Assembly: GCF_006345805.1 (NCBI RefSeq)
Contig: NC_043000.1
Span: 148,924,001 to 148,988,000 of the forward strand
DNA: 64,000 nucleotides
DNA from: Octopus sinensis
Taxonomy: Eukaryota
Reading direction: 5' to 3'
The notes under the pieces were generated by a model. The model saw only the letters and a program-made list of their open reading frames with translations. It had not been told where the DNA came from and made no database searches. Every line of letters begins with the position of its first letter. The first letter of the stretch is position 1. A program made the position numbers and the translations under genes. Shown here in pieces: positions 12,714-26,441 of the stretch.

Positions 12714-14265
12714 CTGCAAAGTGGAATGAGTTGTTCAGTGTTCTCCCTTACCAGTTTCCAAAGCAATACCTTTTGTAGTCAGCTTTAGACTACAAAACAT
12801 TTGCAAGACTTGCAACAGTATATTTCTCAATAAACAATTTCGTGAGTGACTTTGCAAAAAAAAAAAGTTTCATTTTGTCAAATGTTGACTATCAGTTAAG
12901 TATTCAGAATGTAGTTTCTCAAAATTGTGCAGATATATTACATCCAAAGCAGATATGTTAAGTAAATTATCAAAGAAAAACAGCAACTTGTCAATAGTAC
13001 AACCATTCTCTCTCATTTTTTTTTAATAATCAATAAATTAATACAAGACATATATATACAAACTATTTTGGTTAGTATTTTCTTTTCAAAAATATCTGAA
13101 TGCAAACATGGATTCAATTCAAAATAGTTGTAATATCATTTTTATACAGTTATTTTGATTATTTTCATTTATGAATGAAAAACTTTATTTTTCAAAATTA
13201 CAACCAAAAATAGAAAAAGAAAAAAAAAGCAGCAATTTGAGTTGATTTTTTTTCTTTTTTGACAGAAACTTTTTGGATTACGTTTCATTAAAAAAAAGCA
13301 GAATAAATAAAAAAAAAATTATATCAAAACTATAAAGCTGAAAAAAAATAATTAAAAGTAAATTGGATAAAAATTATCAACAAACAGAGCAATGCTACAA
13401 ATTCTGTTACAATTATTATTCTTTGAAAAACTATGTAATTAAAATTAAAGGCGGTAAAGAAGCTATAATGTTAAGGAACTGGGCCACTGACCACATGAAA
13501 ACAATATCAACAAACTGTTGTACTCTGCAGCAAAGTACGAAGTTCTGTTACTCTCAGCATACTTAGCTGAAAATATTTAATACATACCCCACAATACATT
13601 CAAGTGGTTGAGCATCCAACTATAAATGTTAATCTCAATTATCCAAATGTAAATATACAAATTTGGGAAGAAAAAAAACCCCACATAATAAACTGTTTTT
13701 GATTTTTAAAAAATCTAAGAAATATGCTAAAACGTCTGAAATAGTTACTAGAAGTGAAAAAAAAAAATTTGCATATTCTTAGAAATAGTACAGTTAGAAT
13801 AGCAACTTAAGTGTTAGTAAAGTGTTGTATATATTTTGAAATAGTTTCTGATAAGCAATACTTGGTGAAATAATTCTAAATGGAAGAGAAAACTATAAGA
13901 TGTAAATCAAAATTTATTGAACAGTTTATAATTTTAAATTTGCCCTATAAATAAACATTTTAATACTAGAATATCAAGTAGGCATTGTATTAACAAAAAT
14001 GTAATGTGAAGAAAATGGTTAGATGAGACGTATGATATCAAAATAGATTAGAAATCTTTTTTTTTTAATTAAATGAAACCATTTCTTACAAGGCAATTTT
14101 TGTTATGGATGACAGCCAGAAATCTTGAAACAAAGTCGCAATATCTTAAACAGCTACATACAACTTTGTGTATTCAAGAGATTTCTTTTAATAAATACTC
14201 CTATATATTTGTGAGGATAAATATTTAGGATGACTTAGAAAATGGTACAAAATAAGTAATAATCC

Positions 14266-14480
14266 TTTCTTTTCTACTATTGGCAGAAGGCCTGAAATTT
14301 GGTGCGAGGGAACAAGTCAATTACATCAACCCCAGCACTTGACTGGTGCTTATTTCATTGACCCCGAAAGGATGATAGGCAAAGTCAACCTCGGAGGAAT
14401 TTAAACTCAGAACATAGTGAGACAAAATACTCCTAAGCATTTTGCCTGGCATACTAATAATTCTGCCAGCCCGCTGCCTT
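14266..14480 (-). mobile_element. Older SINE family C-like copy
   Basis: Shares gaccccgaaaggatga..ggcaaagtcaacctcggaggaattt core. Confidence 0.7.
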
Positions 14481-15078
14481 TACAAAATAACTAATACTAA
14501 TAAGTAAATATTTGACTCACTTATCATGCATTTTTGTTAATCTTCTGGCCATCTTCAGATGGTGTATTATTTTATATACTATTAAGGAGGGTTTGGACTC
14601 CGAAGCCAATTTTCTAATATGAGATTTCAATGCTCTTAACTGCTCTAATGATCAATGCCATTGAAACCATATATAAGAAATAAAGATATTGAGTTTTGAA
14701 CAAGCCTAGGGATACATATATAAGTTTTTGATTTCATTAAAAAATAAACCATAATTCAACAAGCTAACAACAAACAAGAACTAATTAAATATAATAATAT
14801 GATGCACATTTTAACAAAAGTTGTTAGTACTGGGAAACAAAAAAAAAAAAGATATGTCAAAATTAATGTAATTCATTCAGCAACAAAACAAATAGAAACC
14901 AATAAATGAAAATGAGTACAATATATATAACAATATATATGAAACTAAAGTAGAAGAGACTTGCTGGTGCGCCACTGCATGGTACATTGGCAAATGTCTT
15001 CTACTGTTGCTTCAATTGACCAATACTTTGTGAGTGAAACAAGCATAAATATGGATCTATATTTCTATGTTTACATAT

Positions 15079-15371
15079 CACGTGATCACGTGACCGACCA
15101 GTCCATCAGATGTAGTTACACATCGCTGGTCACAATGCATTTGCATTGTTTTAGCCTTCGAATGATGCCACCCCACTGGCTAAGCGAGCAGGCCAACAGA
15201 AGAAAGAGTGGTGAAAGAGTACAGCAGGGATCACCACCCCCTGCCAGAGCCTCGTGGAGCTTTTAGGTGTTTTCGCTCAATAAACACTCACAACGCCCGG
15301 TCTGGGAATCGAAACCGCGATCCTACGACCGCGAGTCCGCTGCCCTAACCACTGGGCCATTGTGCCTCCAC
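15079..15371 (-). mobile_element. SINE family B variant with 12-bp TSD
   Basis: TSD atgtttacatat at 15067-15078 and 15372-15383. Confidence 0.88.
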
Positions 15372-16556
15372 ATGTTTACATATAAATACATCAATGTATG
15401 CATATGATATATACACATACACACATATCGTTGCAAGCCAGATTATATGGTTATGAAGTTTGCTTCTCAACCATATGGTCTTAAGTTCAATCCCACTTTC
15501 TGGTAATTTGGGCAAGTATCTCTACTACAGCCTTAGGCCAACCAAAGTGGTTCTGGTTGACAGAAACTGAAACAACTCCATTTTCTTTCTGTCTGTTTGT
15601 CTTTCCCATTGTATCTATGTGTGTGTGTGTTCTGTACCACCTTGCTTGGACATCACCTGATAACTGAAAATGATTGTCACTAGAGACATTAAAAGATGAT
15701 GATGACGATGATGATACAAGCAATGTCATTCAGTACTAATATTCTGCGAGAATATGTGTGGCCAAAGGAGAAATATTACCTTGCTTGGAAACAGGTGAGA
15801 GCTGGCAATGGAAAGGGCATCTGGCTATAACAAATCTGCCTCAATAAAGTCTGTCTAATCCATGCAAGCAAGGAAAAGTGGACATTATGATGACGACATA
15901 CAGTATGTGTGCATGTGTGTATGTACATTTGTGCATATTTGAGTGTGTCTCTGAGTGTATTTTATTGGGTCAACCAGAATCAGAGTTCATCTACACTGTG
16001 TTTGCAAGCTTAATGATTGAGACAGAAATTTTGAAGTTTGTGAAACCCAGAATACTGATTCCAGTTGGCCTAATAAATTACACTGTACTTTAGGTAGAGA
16101 GTACTCTTCTTTACTACTACTAACCTTAATGATTAGGTATCTATGCACATACGCACATGCACACACACATATGAACTTCTACATAATTTCCATCTACACA
16201 GGCCAATCCAAGTCTATGTTACATTTTCCCAAAATGCTGTGCAGTGTGGTTGAACTAGGAACCACATGATTATGAAACAAACTTTTTAACCACACAGTCA
16301 TGCCTGCATCCATTTTAATGAGGAAAAAATTAAGAGACAGATGAAGTGTTTTGAGAACAACCGAAAATACATATAAGAATGGCTGGATGGAATTAGATAT
16401 TAATGCAAAGTTGAACGTGTAAAAAAAAAAACAAAAAACAAACATACTTTTAAATTATATAATTAAATAACATTTCAAAAAGTAAAATTACTTTTTTGTG
16501 GTTTAAATATAAAAATAATAAATAAAGCAAATTTACATAGGAATGTACAATTGTTG

Positions 16557-16730
16557 TCAAGAAGTTTTGTTGGCATGAATATCATTGCTGGCAAGTTTAG
16601 AAAGTTTGCTACATGCAAGAGCATAAGCTTTGCAGCTGCAATGACATATCATCGCAACAAAAGCTATCACTATAATTAATACAAATACTGATGCAACAAA
16701 GCTTAATTGGTATATCTGAGGGACAGACAT
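16557..16730 (-). CDS. Candidate 57-aa single-pass membrane microprotein downstream of C15orf61
   Basis: MSVPQIYQLSFVASVFVLIIVIAFVAMICHCSCKAYALACSKLSKLASNDIHANKTS*. It has an about 19-residue hydrophobic stretch, a juxtamembrane CHCSC and downstream lysines. ATG has G at -3 and is preceded by a T13 tract and acceptor (AG at 16741-16740). No homologue recognised. Confidence 0.4.
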   Translation of the reverse strand: MSVPQIYQLSFVASVFVLIIVIAFVAMICHCSCKAYALACSKLSKLASNDIHANKTS

Positions 16731-16860
16731 TTCTCTAGCCTAACATATATAAAAAAAAAAAAAGAGTCCTTTAGGTTATATTGAAATAAACAGCATCCGT
16801 ATGGCAATCCCAAATGAGAAGGATTTTGTTGGATTGGTTTATAAAAAGTAAATGGTTATT

Positions 16861-16988
16861 TCAGTACTGTGAATTTTTTTCTTCTTTATTCAGGAAGTAT
16901 ATTCGAACGGTGCCTTTTGTAGTTTCTACATCTTCATGATATCTGACCAACATCCAGCAAGCAATGCCATATGCCAATGTAGGAACAC
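16861..16988 (-). CDS. C15orf61: C15orf61 homologue, last coding exon
   Basis: Acceptor ttttatttttaaaccatag|GT, phase 1, in frame with the previous exon. Encodes (G)VPTLAYGIACWMLVRYHEDVETTKGTVRIYFLNKEEKNSQY*, aligning with the human C-terminus [42 protein letters not shown] as recalled. Total protein 147 aa. Confidence 0.95.
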
Positions 16989-17125
16989 CTATGGTTTAAA
17001 AATAAAATTAAAAAAATATTTAGACATTGAATCATTGTAACAAAAACTTGAAGATATATGTACACTCAAGCACTCAATGGCATTGATGTGTTATTGAGGG
17101 TTCTATTAAGTCAAGTACATCAACA

Positions 17126-17390
17126 TCAAAAAATCAAATGGAAATTGTAGTTGCGATACCTGTGCCGTTGGCACGTAAAAAGCACCATCCTAATGTGGCC
17201 GATGCCAGTGCCGCCTTGACTGGCTTCCGTGCCGGTGGTACGTAAAAAGCACCAACCAATCGTGGCCGTTGCCAGCCTCACCTGGCACCTAAGCCGGTGG
17301 CACGTAAAAAGCACCCACTACACTCACGGAATGGTTGGCGTTAGGAAGGGCATCCAGCTGTAGAAACACTGCCAGATCAGACTGGAGAAG
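17126..17390 (+). mobile_element. RTE 3'UTR fragment (C15orf61 intron 2)
   Basis: Same 3'UTR sequence with three GTGCC..GGCAC modules; 3' end truncated. Confidence 0.85.
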
Positions 17391-18132
17391 GAACCAACTT
17401 TTGTTAAAATCAACAAAAGAATCAGTTATATAAATTATCTGCAAATACAATGTCAGAGAAAAGCACAGCACTTCCAGTAATTAATGGTTGCTAAGCTGCT
17501 GAAAGTGCCAGAAAAACTTGGAGGAAACATTAGTGAACCAGATTATACAGTCAACTGGTATCTCTATATCTAAGTCTCTCTTTTAATTGTTACAAATAGC
17601 AAAAGTTATTACATTCAGGAAATTAAAATGCAAGTAATCAAAACTAATAGAATAAACCATGAAAATTGTAAAGTTAACAGAACAGTAAAAAATATAATTC
17701 AAGTAGACAGGACATAATTTTGAGTTTATCATACAAGATAGCTTACATCCACTTGTATACTAAATTCTTTATAGAATCTAATCTTAATTCAAATCAGTAA
17801 CTACAACTGTTCTTATGAACCAGACATCTGATTTTGGCAGAACTCTTCCAGATTAACAAAAACAAAGTTGTTTGTTCTTGGCTAAGGGCTATACTTGTAG
17901 TTATTTCATAGGTCCTTGCATACACTTTCACTGCATCGTCATCATTGTTTTATATCCACTTTTCCATGCTGGCATAGGTTGGAGAGTTTTTATTCAGAGT
18001 CACTAAGTTGGGACCATAAATCATACAATCAAGGAATTTAAGGTTGAGCAACCTGACAAATAATTCCACAGTAACTCTAAATATTCATGATACAGTTAAT
18101 CATCTCAAACATGAATACTGAATTCATAAGTA

Positions 18133-18366
18133 TATATTTCTTTACTACCCACAAGGGGCTAAACACAGAGAGGACAAACAAGGACAGACAAAGGGATTAA
18201 GTTGATTACATCGACCCCAGTGCGTAATTGGTACTTAATTTATCGACCCCGAAAGGATGAAAGGCAAAGTCGACCTCGGTGGAATTTGAACTCAGAACCT
18301 AACGGCAGACGAAATACTGCTAAGCATTTCGCCCGGCGTGCTAACGTTTCTGCCAGCACGCCGCTT
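18133..18366 (-). mobile_element. SINE family C with 17-bp TSD
   Basis: tRNA-like head (GGCAGAAACGTTAGC..GAGTTCAAATTCC on minus strand); TSD tactgaattcataagta at 18116-18132 and 18367-18383. Confidence 0.9.
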
Positions 18367-18686
18367 TACTGAATTCATAAGTAGAAACAAATTCTTGGTA
18401 TTTATTGAATGATAGAGAGGATGTGGTTATGTTTAATAATAAGTAATTCAACTATTGTGTGTGTGAGAGAGAGAGAGAGAGACGGAGAGATTTAACGGAC
18501 ACAAAATAGCAGCTATACATGATATTGTCAGAAATTTGTTTAAAAAGTACTTTTTGTCAATCATGTAATGAGGGATGGCACTGAAGCTGCCAGTATCCAA
18601 CCATTATCCTTATCTGATAACATTTGACTACTTTAAATCTGACACACTCTACCATCACCCTTTCTGTGTTGCTAGCTGACACTCAC

Positions 18687-18960
18687 ATTACCATGCCACT
18701 TATTATTGATGACCATCACTAATCTTTTCCATTACTCCCTGCAGCACAGTCACACTTCTGTAGTGACGTCATTTTCCAGTGTGCGTGTGCGGGGCTGGAA
18801 CCTTCTGGAAAGGCCTGAGGAAGTTCCCTCATGCACATGCGCTAGAGACTGGGGAAGAAAATTCTATCGCGTTCCTTGTTAGCGTCGTTGACTTGAGACA
18901 CGGCGATTGAAGCGAAAGGACGTGTTAAACATGTGATCAGCCTATTCTCCTGCCCCAGAG
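18687..18960 (-). promoter_or_regulatory. CpG-rich intronic patch; possible nested promoter/first exon
   Basis: Cluster of CpGs in otherwise CpG-poor intron, TGACGTCA (CRE) at 18764-18771, NRF1-like TGCACATGCGC near 18832-18842, and a minus-strand consensus donor GTGAGT at 18686-18681. Confidence 0.3.
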
Positions 18961-19384
18961 GCTTAGGATTTGACCTGCTCTGTTGCTGCTAAATTTGTTG
19001 TAAGAATCTTATAAATGTTAAAATTCAGCCTTGCTATATCGAACCAAGTGGATACCAATATACCAACGTGCCTCATTTGTAAATAAGAGAATAAAGAATC
19101 ATATATATTTTTAAAGTTGCGTTTTGTTCCTGACTGGTAGTTTCTAGAAACAAAAAGAAAGGAAACTGGTTGCACCCGAACAGTGTAAAGAATCAACCAG
19201 TTCCCTTTACACTTCTATCACATCCTTCTCTACCTTTTCTCTCCACACCCTTGATTACTTTGTTTCTCACTCCCTCTGCTATTCACTCTTATGGACTTGT
19301 TGCCACGAATGAAAGGAGACACTGTAAAATAGTGAAGGCTGTTCATTTAACCTTGCAAGGTACAAGGCAATCTCTCTAGTTCTG

Positions 19385-19780
19385 GTGCAACAATAAAATC
19401 GTACAAACAATAACTCTGAGCACCTTTTCAAACTCCACCCATCTAATACCCGTGGACATATTTACAAAGTCAGAAAACAGCACAGCTCCCATGACTTCAG
19501 GAAACATTTTTTCATGCTGAGAGTTGCTGAAGCATGGAACAAACTGCCAGCATCAGTTGTTAGTTGTCGGAGCACTGCATCCTTCAAAACTTCCATGCTT
19601 TCTGAGATTCGCCAACACTACACCTGATTTTCTCCCCTCCATACACACACAAGCATGTACCTGACTCATGCATTGTTCGCTTTCCAGACATTTGTACATT
19701 ACTGCATGTACTTTATATGCACTTTCTGACAAGTTGTGGTGCACCTGAGCACTGTATACAATAATTTCATTATTATTAAA
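19385..19780 (+). mobile_element. CR1-clade LINE 3' end
   Basis: TRGHIYKV..RKHFFMLRVAEAWNKLPASVV..FK, the typical CR1 terminus, followed by a 3'UTR and an (att)n tail. Confidence 0.85.
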
Positions 19781-20261
19781 ATGCACCTAATATGATCTGT
19801 AAAATAGCTGTCAAAAGAACAGAGAAAATGCAAATTGAAGAGGATCCTTCAGGCCAGGACCTCACTAATGTTGGTATAATGACAAAATGCACTTAGTGCA
19901 CTGTAAATTGTTCATGTAAGGAAGAGCATCCAGCCATAGAAACCATGTCAAAAATGAGATATATGATAAAGATCTCTGATCTGTCTAGGAGGGTAGCAAC
20001 TTCAAATTAAAAAACTGATTTGGACTATGGTGATACATCTACCTCAAGCCAGCATGGAAAGCAGATGTAAAATGATGATAGGTGATAAATTTGGGGGGAA
20101 ATCATAGATGTTAGATGTTTATTATTAATGTAAAATGGTAACTTCAGCAGAAATAAGCTGAAGTAAACTAATATAAAATGGGGAAGAGTAAATTAGATTT
20201 GAAGTGCTGTTTTTTCTCATTTATTATGCAAACTTGCAGTCACTTAAATTATCTATATGAA

Positions 20262-20590
20262 TTTTCATGTGCTACTGGCACGTGAACAAAACATTCGAGC
20301 GAGGTCGTTGACAGTGCCGCTGGACTGTCTCCTGTGCAGGTGGCACGTAAAAAACACCATTTCGAGCATGGCCGTTGCCAGTACCGCCAGACTGGCCCTC
20401 GTGCAGGTGGCACGTAAAAGCATCCACTACACTCTCGGAGTGGTTGGCATTAGGAAGGGCATTCAGCTGTAGAAACTCTGCCAGATCAAGATTGGAGCTT
20501 GGCGCAGCCATCTGGTTCGCCAGTCCTCAGTCAAATCGTCCAACCCATGCTAGCATGGAAAGTGGACGTTAAATGATGATGATGATGATG
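20262..20590 (+). mobile_element. RTE 3'UTR tail
   Basis: Same family; (gat)n tail at about 20574-20590. Confidence 0.85.
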
Positions 20591-21585
20591 AATTCAAGTT
20601 TTTGTTAATGTAGAATTTTTTAAAGGAAGCATTTTGCAAATATGTGAAAGAGAGCATGGTGTGAAATTATTATTATTGTCATTTTCTTTATATTGCTTTT
20701 CTACAAAAGATTTTCTTTTGTATAAAAAGTAGACTTACCAGTATGACATATTTGTAATGTTACTATCAACGTACTTCTAAATTATTTCTCTTTTATACAT
20801 TTTCTTAGTGTCATTGTTTAAACAAGATAATTATTTCATAAAACAATACTTGATATTTAATCATGTTCAGCACAGCTTACTTCAGTATTTATGGAATGCC
20901 ATGGGCGATTACTGTAGAAAATAGAATTTTTTTTTAGTTCTTGGGTTGAGGTCAGTGGAGTAAAGAAGTTTTTATTATTTTTTTTTTATCATTTATTATT
21001 ATAGATGTTGATGATGAAGAAACAGAATAAAACTAAATTTTAAAATGTTTTCTACTTTTTTTTTATAGGCACAAGATCTGACATTTTTGGAGAGGGTGTT
21101 AGTCAATTACATTGACTCCCAGTGCTGAACTGGTACTAACTTTATTGACCCTGAAAGGGTGAAAGACTAAGTTGACCTCAGAACACACAGATGGACAAAA
21201 TGACACTAAACATTTTGTCTGATGTGTTAGTGATTCTGTCAGCACACCACCTTTGCAACTAAATCTTAGAATGATAAGGAAAATGAAATTAATTCTTATG
21301 ATTGACAATTTCAAATTTATTAAAATAAGTTGATTTAATTTGAATGTAAGTTATTTTTAGACAAGTAAAAAAAATGGGTTGCAAATTGTGCTGTAGTAGA
21401 AAAGAGTAATTTTCAAACATATTATGAATAATCCAAGTTCATTTACATGCTGTATTTACTCAAGTACAATGTAATCTCAAATATAATACAAACCATACCC
21501 CTACTCTAAACAAAGTCAGTAATATATTAATGCTTCCTCAAATTTTGACTGCTATTTTGTATTAAATATCTCACATTGTAGACTT

Positions 21586-22350
<765 letters not shown>

Positions 22351-23399
22351 TTAAATAAAACCAAATATTTCCTCACTATAACAGAGAAATAAAGAAATTT
22401 TACCTTAAAATGTTATCTTTTACATATTCATGAAACAACTTTTAACAAATTTTAATTTCATGACAAAAAACAAAAATAAATTTCTAAAACTTTTAATCTC
22501 ACCCTCATTTATGAATTTATAAATTTAATGATGCTGCAGTAAATATTATATGCAGTATTCGTTTCCACTAAGTCTTACCATGCTTTTGGCGGGGAACCTG
22601 AATCACAACTATGTATGCAATCGATTGGACCGCATGGGTATTTGACACTCATGAGGGTCTAATAAATTGTATCAAAGACAAATGCCGCTGATGATTTATA
22701 GATAAATATGTGAGTATAATTGCATATTATATTAATAAAGAAACAATTGTTCAGCATTAATCTATCTTTTCGTTGTATTTCACTTTCCTTACGTTGAGGG
22801 TAATGTTATTTCTTGGTGGGAACAACTTTGGTGGCTATACCAGAAAAAGGAGCTATTTTTAGCACTAGAGTTAACCACTTATATTTAAGTATAAATTTGT
22901 ATTGTCTCCCTGGTTTTTTATGTGCTAAGCCACTTGGTGTTAAACTGATGGTATTATTAAATTAATATCTAATTTTTCACCCTCATTTATGAATCAATAA
23001 ATAAAGAGGTAAAAGTAAGTTCCCCTGTTGTTTTATATAAATCCTATTTATTATTTTCAAGGTATTCACCCGAGATCTAAGTTAACAAGTTAGTTACACT
23101 CACCCTTAAATTAGTAATCAAAATATTATTTCTTGAAATACTATCCAGAGTAAAGATTATATTTTTATTTGTTTGCTTAAAGAGAAAGGATTACACCACA
23201 CCTATAGCTAAACCAAGCAGTTAGTGTTTAATTTCTATTGTTGTACATTAGAAATTGGAGTGAACATAAAAGCAAGGAGGAATTTTCAGATGGATGCAAT
23301 TCTGTGAAGCTGAAAGTCAGAGCAATTAGGAGAATTATTGGCTGAGTCAGGAAAGTTGTCTTTCATAGAGATGAAGCTTACATTATAGCTTTTCAACAA

Positions 23400-23628
23400 G
23401 GAGGAAAGGCCGAAGCCAGTGCCGCCTTGACTGGCTTCCGTGCAGGTGGCACGTAAAAAGCACCCACTACACTCACGGAGTGGTTGGCGTTAGGAAGGGC
23501 ATCCAGCCGTAGAAACACTGCCAGATAAGACTGGAGCCTGGTGCAGCCTCTTGGCTTCCCAGACCCCGGTCGAACTGTCCAACCCATGCTAGCATGGAGA
23601 ACGGACGTTAAATGATGATGATGATGAG
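23400..23628 (+). mobile_element. RTE 3'UTR tail
   Basis: Same family, single module, (tga)n tail. Confidence 0.85.
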
Positions 23629-25334
23629 GAAAGGAGAAATGAAAACAGAATAAGAGAGTCTATAAAATTTACTTAGGAGGACTAGTAATTACCTATGACT
23701 GGTGTTAGATATTTTGTATACAAAAGCAGCATGACCTTTTGTAAGACATGGTGGGTAAATAAATTGACAAGGTTAAATAGTGACAGGTGGAGAATGGTAC
23801 CTAAGAAGTCGTCAGGAATGAATATATACTTCCTAAAACTGCACTATTTTTACTAGACCACCTACAAAATATTGAAGAAGAGTAGGTAGTAGTGTTTTAA
23901 TAATTCTTAGTCAAGCAGCAAGTCTAAATTTTCTAATATTTTCGATTGAGCATACCTATTATCAAGAACATTCCAGCTATGACCAACTTATCTTTTTGTA
24001 AATGTAGGGCCCTGTTAATCAATCTATCCATCCTTTTCCCAAAATTATAGAGTATGGGTTAGGAGAATTTCGCTGCTATTTCTAGCACAAAGATAGGTTT
24101 GTTATTACTAAAGTACATCTAAATTTCCCATAGCTAAATTGTGACTGTCTTTTGAATGAAGGCTGTGCTTTAAGTAATAAAACTTAGCACAACTGTCCAG
24201 CAATAAAGATGAAACACTGCTCAAATAATAAGATTTTTACTCAAATGAACAGACTGAACAATTTGAACAATGGATAAGAGAAAGGCAGGACTTGTGGTTT
24301 CTTTTAGGCATTGTATCACTACTTCTAAAGTCATAAACCTGTTTAGAGTTGACAAAGGTTACTGAAATATAAATTTCTAGCTGACTAAATCAAAATTGCT
24401 AGTGCTTACTTAACTAAGTTTCCATGCAATGGGCATTGCTGAATATCCCCACTATACACACCTAGTCATTCTTATTAAACAAAAACTGTCCAAATATATA
24501 TCACATTTCTAAGTCAATGGGTGACATTTAGAAAAAAACCAAGTTCCATACCAATTATACCTCCTACTTTTGCATGGGAGATATTACACTAATGCGATTA
24601 TAATAAATTTAAGCAATCAAGCCTTGTTTTGTATATGAACAAGAAGATAGACCTAACACTGTCCTAAAATGAAGTGCTCTGTAACTTGATTCACAGGTTT
24701 ATAAACTACACAAATTCTATTGAATACGAAAATGAAAAGTGGTTCTTGATTGAATTAGACCATGACAGCCTTAATGTGAATACAGAAACTGCTTTGAGCA
24801 AATATCAAGGAAGAAATGAGATATAAATAGAACACAGAAAAAAAATAATCTAGTTTTATTTAAATAAATGGTTTCTTATCTTGCCCTACTCTTGCTACGA
24901 ACACAAAGCTGTGTATGCTGTATAACTGGAAAACTGACACATTTTTGCATTCAATTCTTTATAAGTCAATAAATGAAAAATGTCTGTTCAGTGAAAGTTT
25001 ACAAGATCAGTCATTATTTTTTGATTATAATGATTTGTTAAAACATGTTAAATAGAGTCTCAGAATGGCTTTTACTTGTATTTTCCCTTGCTCTGCAAGA
25101 AATAACTAAGTTTTGTAAAGAAGTTTTATATCCCTTAAACTAGATTAGAGAGCCTTTTTATGCTTAGAAGGCTGTGTTGAAGTTAACTGCCATTTAACAA
25201 GGCCTCTCTCCTACAGCAAGACACCTGCACCTGTCTTTCTATCATACTTTAAAATCTCACCACCTGGTATAAAGCTACCTCCCTCAATTCTACACCCCTC
25301 AGTTGAAGGGTCTTGTAAGTTACCAAATGATTTC

Positions 25335-25525
25335 ACTGGTGCTATGTAAAAAGCACCCAGTACACTCTGTAAAGTGGTTGGCATTAGGAAAGGCATCCAG
25401 CTATAGAAACCATGCCAAAACAGATATTGGAGCCTGGTTCAGTCCTCTGGTTCATCAACTCTTGTCAAACTGTCCAACACATGCCAGTATGAAAAGCAGG
25501 TGTTAAATGATGATGACAATGATGT
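25335..25525 (+). mobile_element. RTE 3'UTR tail
   Basis: Same family; its 3' part is duplicated in inverted orientation at 26850-26926. Confidence 0.85.
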
Positions 25526-26441
25526 TAAACCAATTATTATATAAAAATGTGCATAAAAATTCCAATGAAGTGTAAAGGATAGTTTTGGAATAAGCACACG
25601 TCGTAACATTAAAAATTTCTTCAGATCTTTGTTTTAAACATAATTTTAATTAAAAGTTTAGATAATCAAATAGTGATGTCTCTAAAATTAGCAATTAGTT
25701 GAAAATACAGGCTTTAAATAAAATTAAATCATTAAAAATATATTTTAGTATAATCATTTCCTCTCAAATCAAATTTCTTTCAGAAGACTATACTCAGGTT
25801 TTCAGACAGCCTAATAGTAACGCATGTGAATGAATTTGTCTACAGATTATGCAATTATACCATAGTCTGTGCAAATGCAGAAATGACACCTTATTCTCGT
25901 GTCTAAGGATTCAATCTTGATAGTGTAAACTAATAAAAAGTTAAGACAGTTAGGCCAATAACTTGGACAAATATGTAACATCACTTAAACAAACTGAAAG
26001 CCAGAAAACAACAATTTTGGCCAGGTAAGAACAGCACATTTTTAAATAGTACTGAAAGATAGACAGATTGTAGGTAAAAAGGAAGGAAGCAAAATGTTTG
26101 TTAGAACAGTATGTCCATATTAACACACACAGAAAGAGAAAATTTCTTGTTGCAGAGGTTTACCAATGTCCTGTGGCGAGAGGTTCTTGCAAAGCAGTGT
26201 CAGTGCCAATAAAGACATTGCGAGATAGAAAGGTGTACAGAATGACGGTGGCGCATTTACCCTCACTGATGCAGAATTAAAGCAGTTTGGAAACTTTATT
26301 ACAAAAAGTTACAGAATGAGGAGTGGGTAGAAAGGTCTACTCCAAGTAGATCCAACAGAAATCTGAAGAAATTTTTAATGTTATGACATGTATGCTTATT
26401 CCAAAACTATCTTTTACATTTCATTGGAATTTTTATGCACA

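Noticed and set aside
12752-12789. 38-nt minus-strand micro-exon (SKADYKRYCFGNW)
   Set aside because: No recognisable homology, and only 38 nt separate its donor from the next acceptor, too short for a typical intron.
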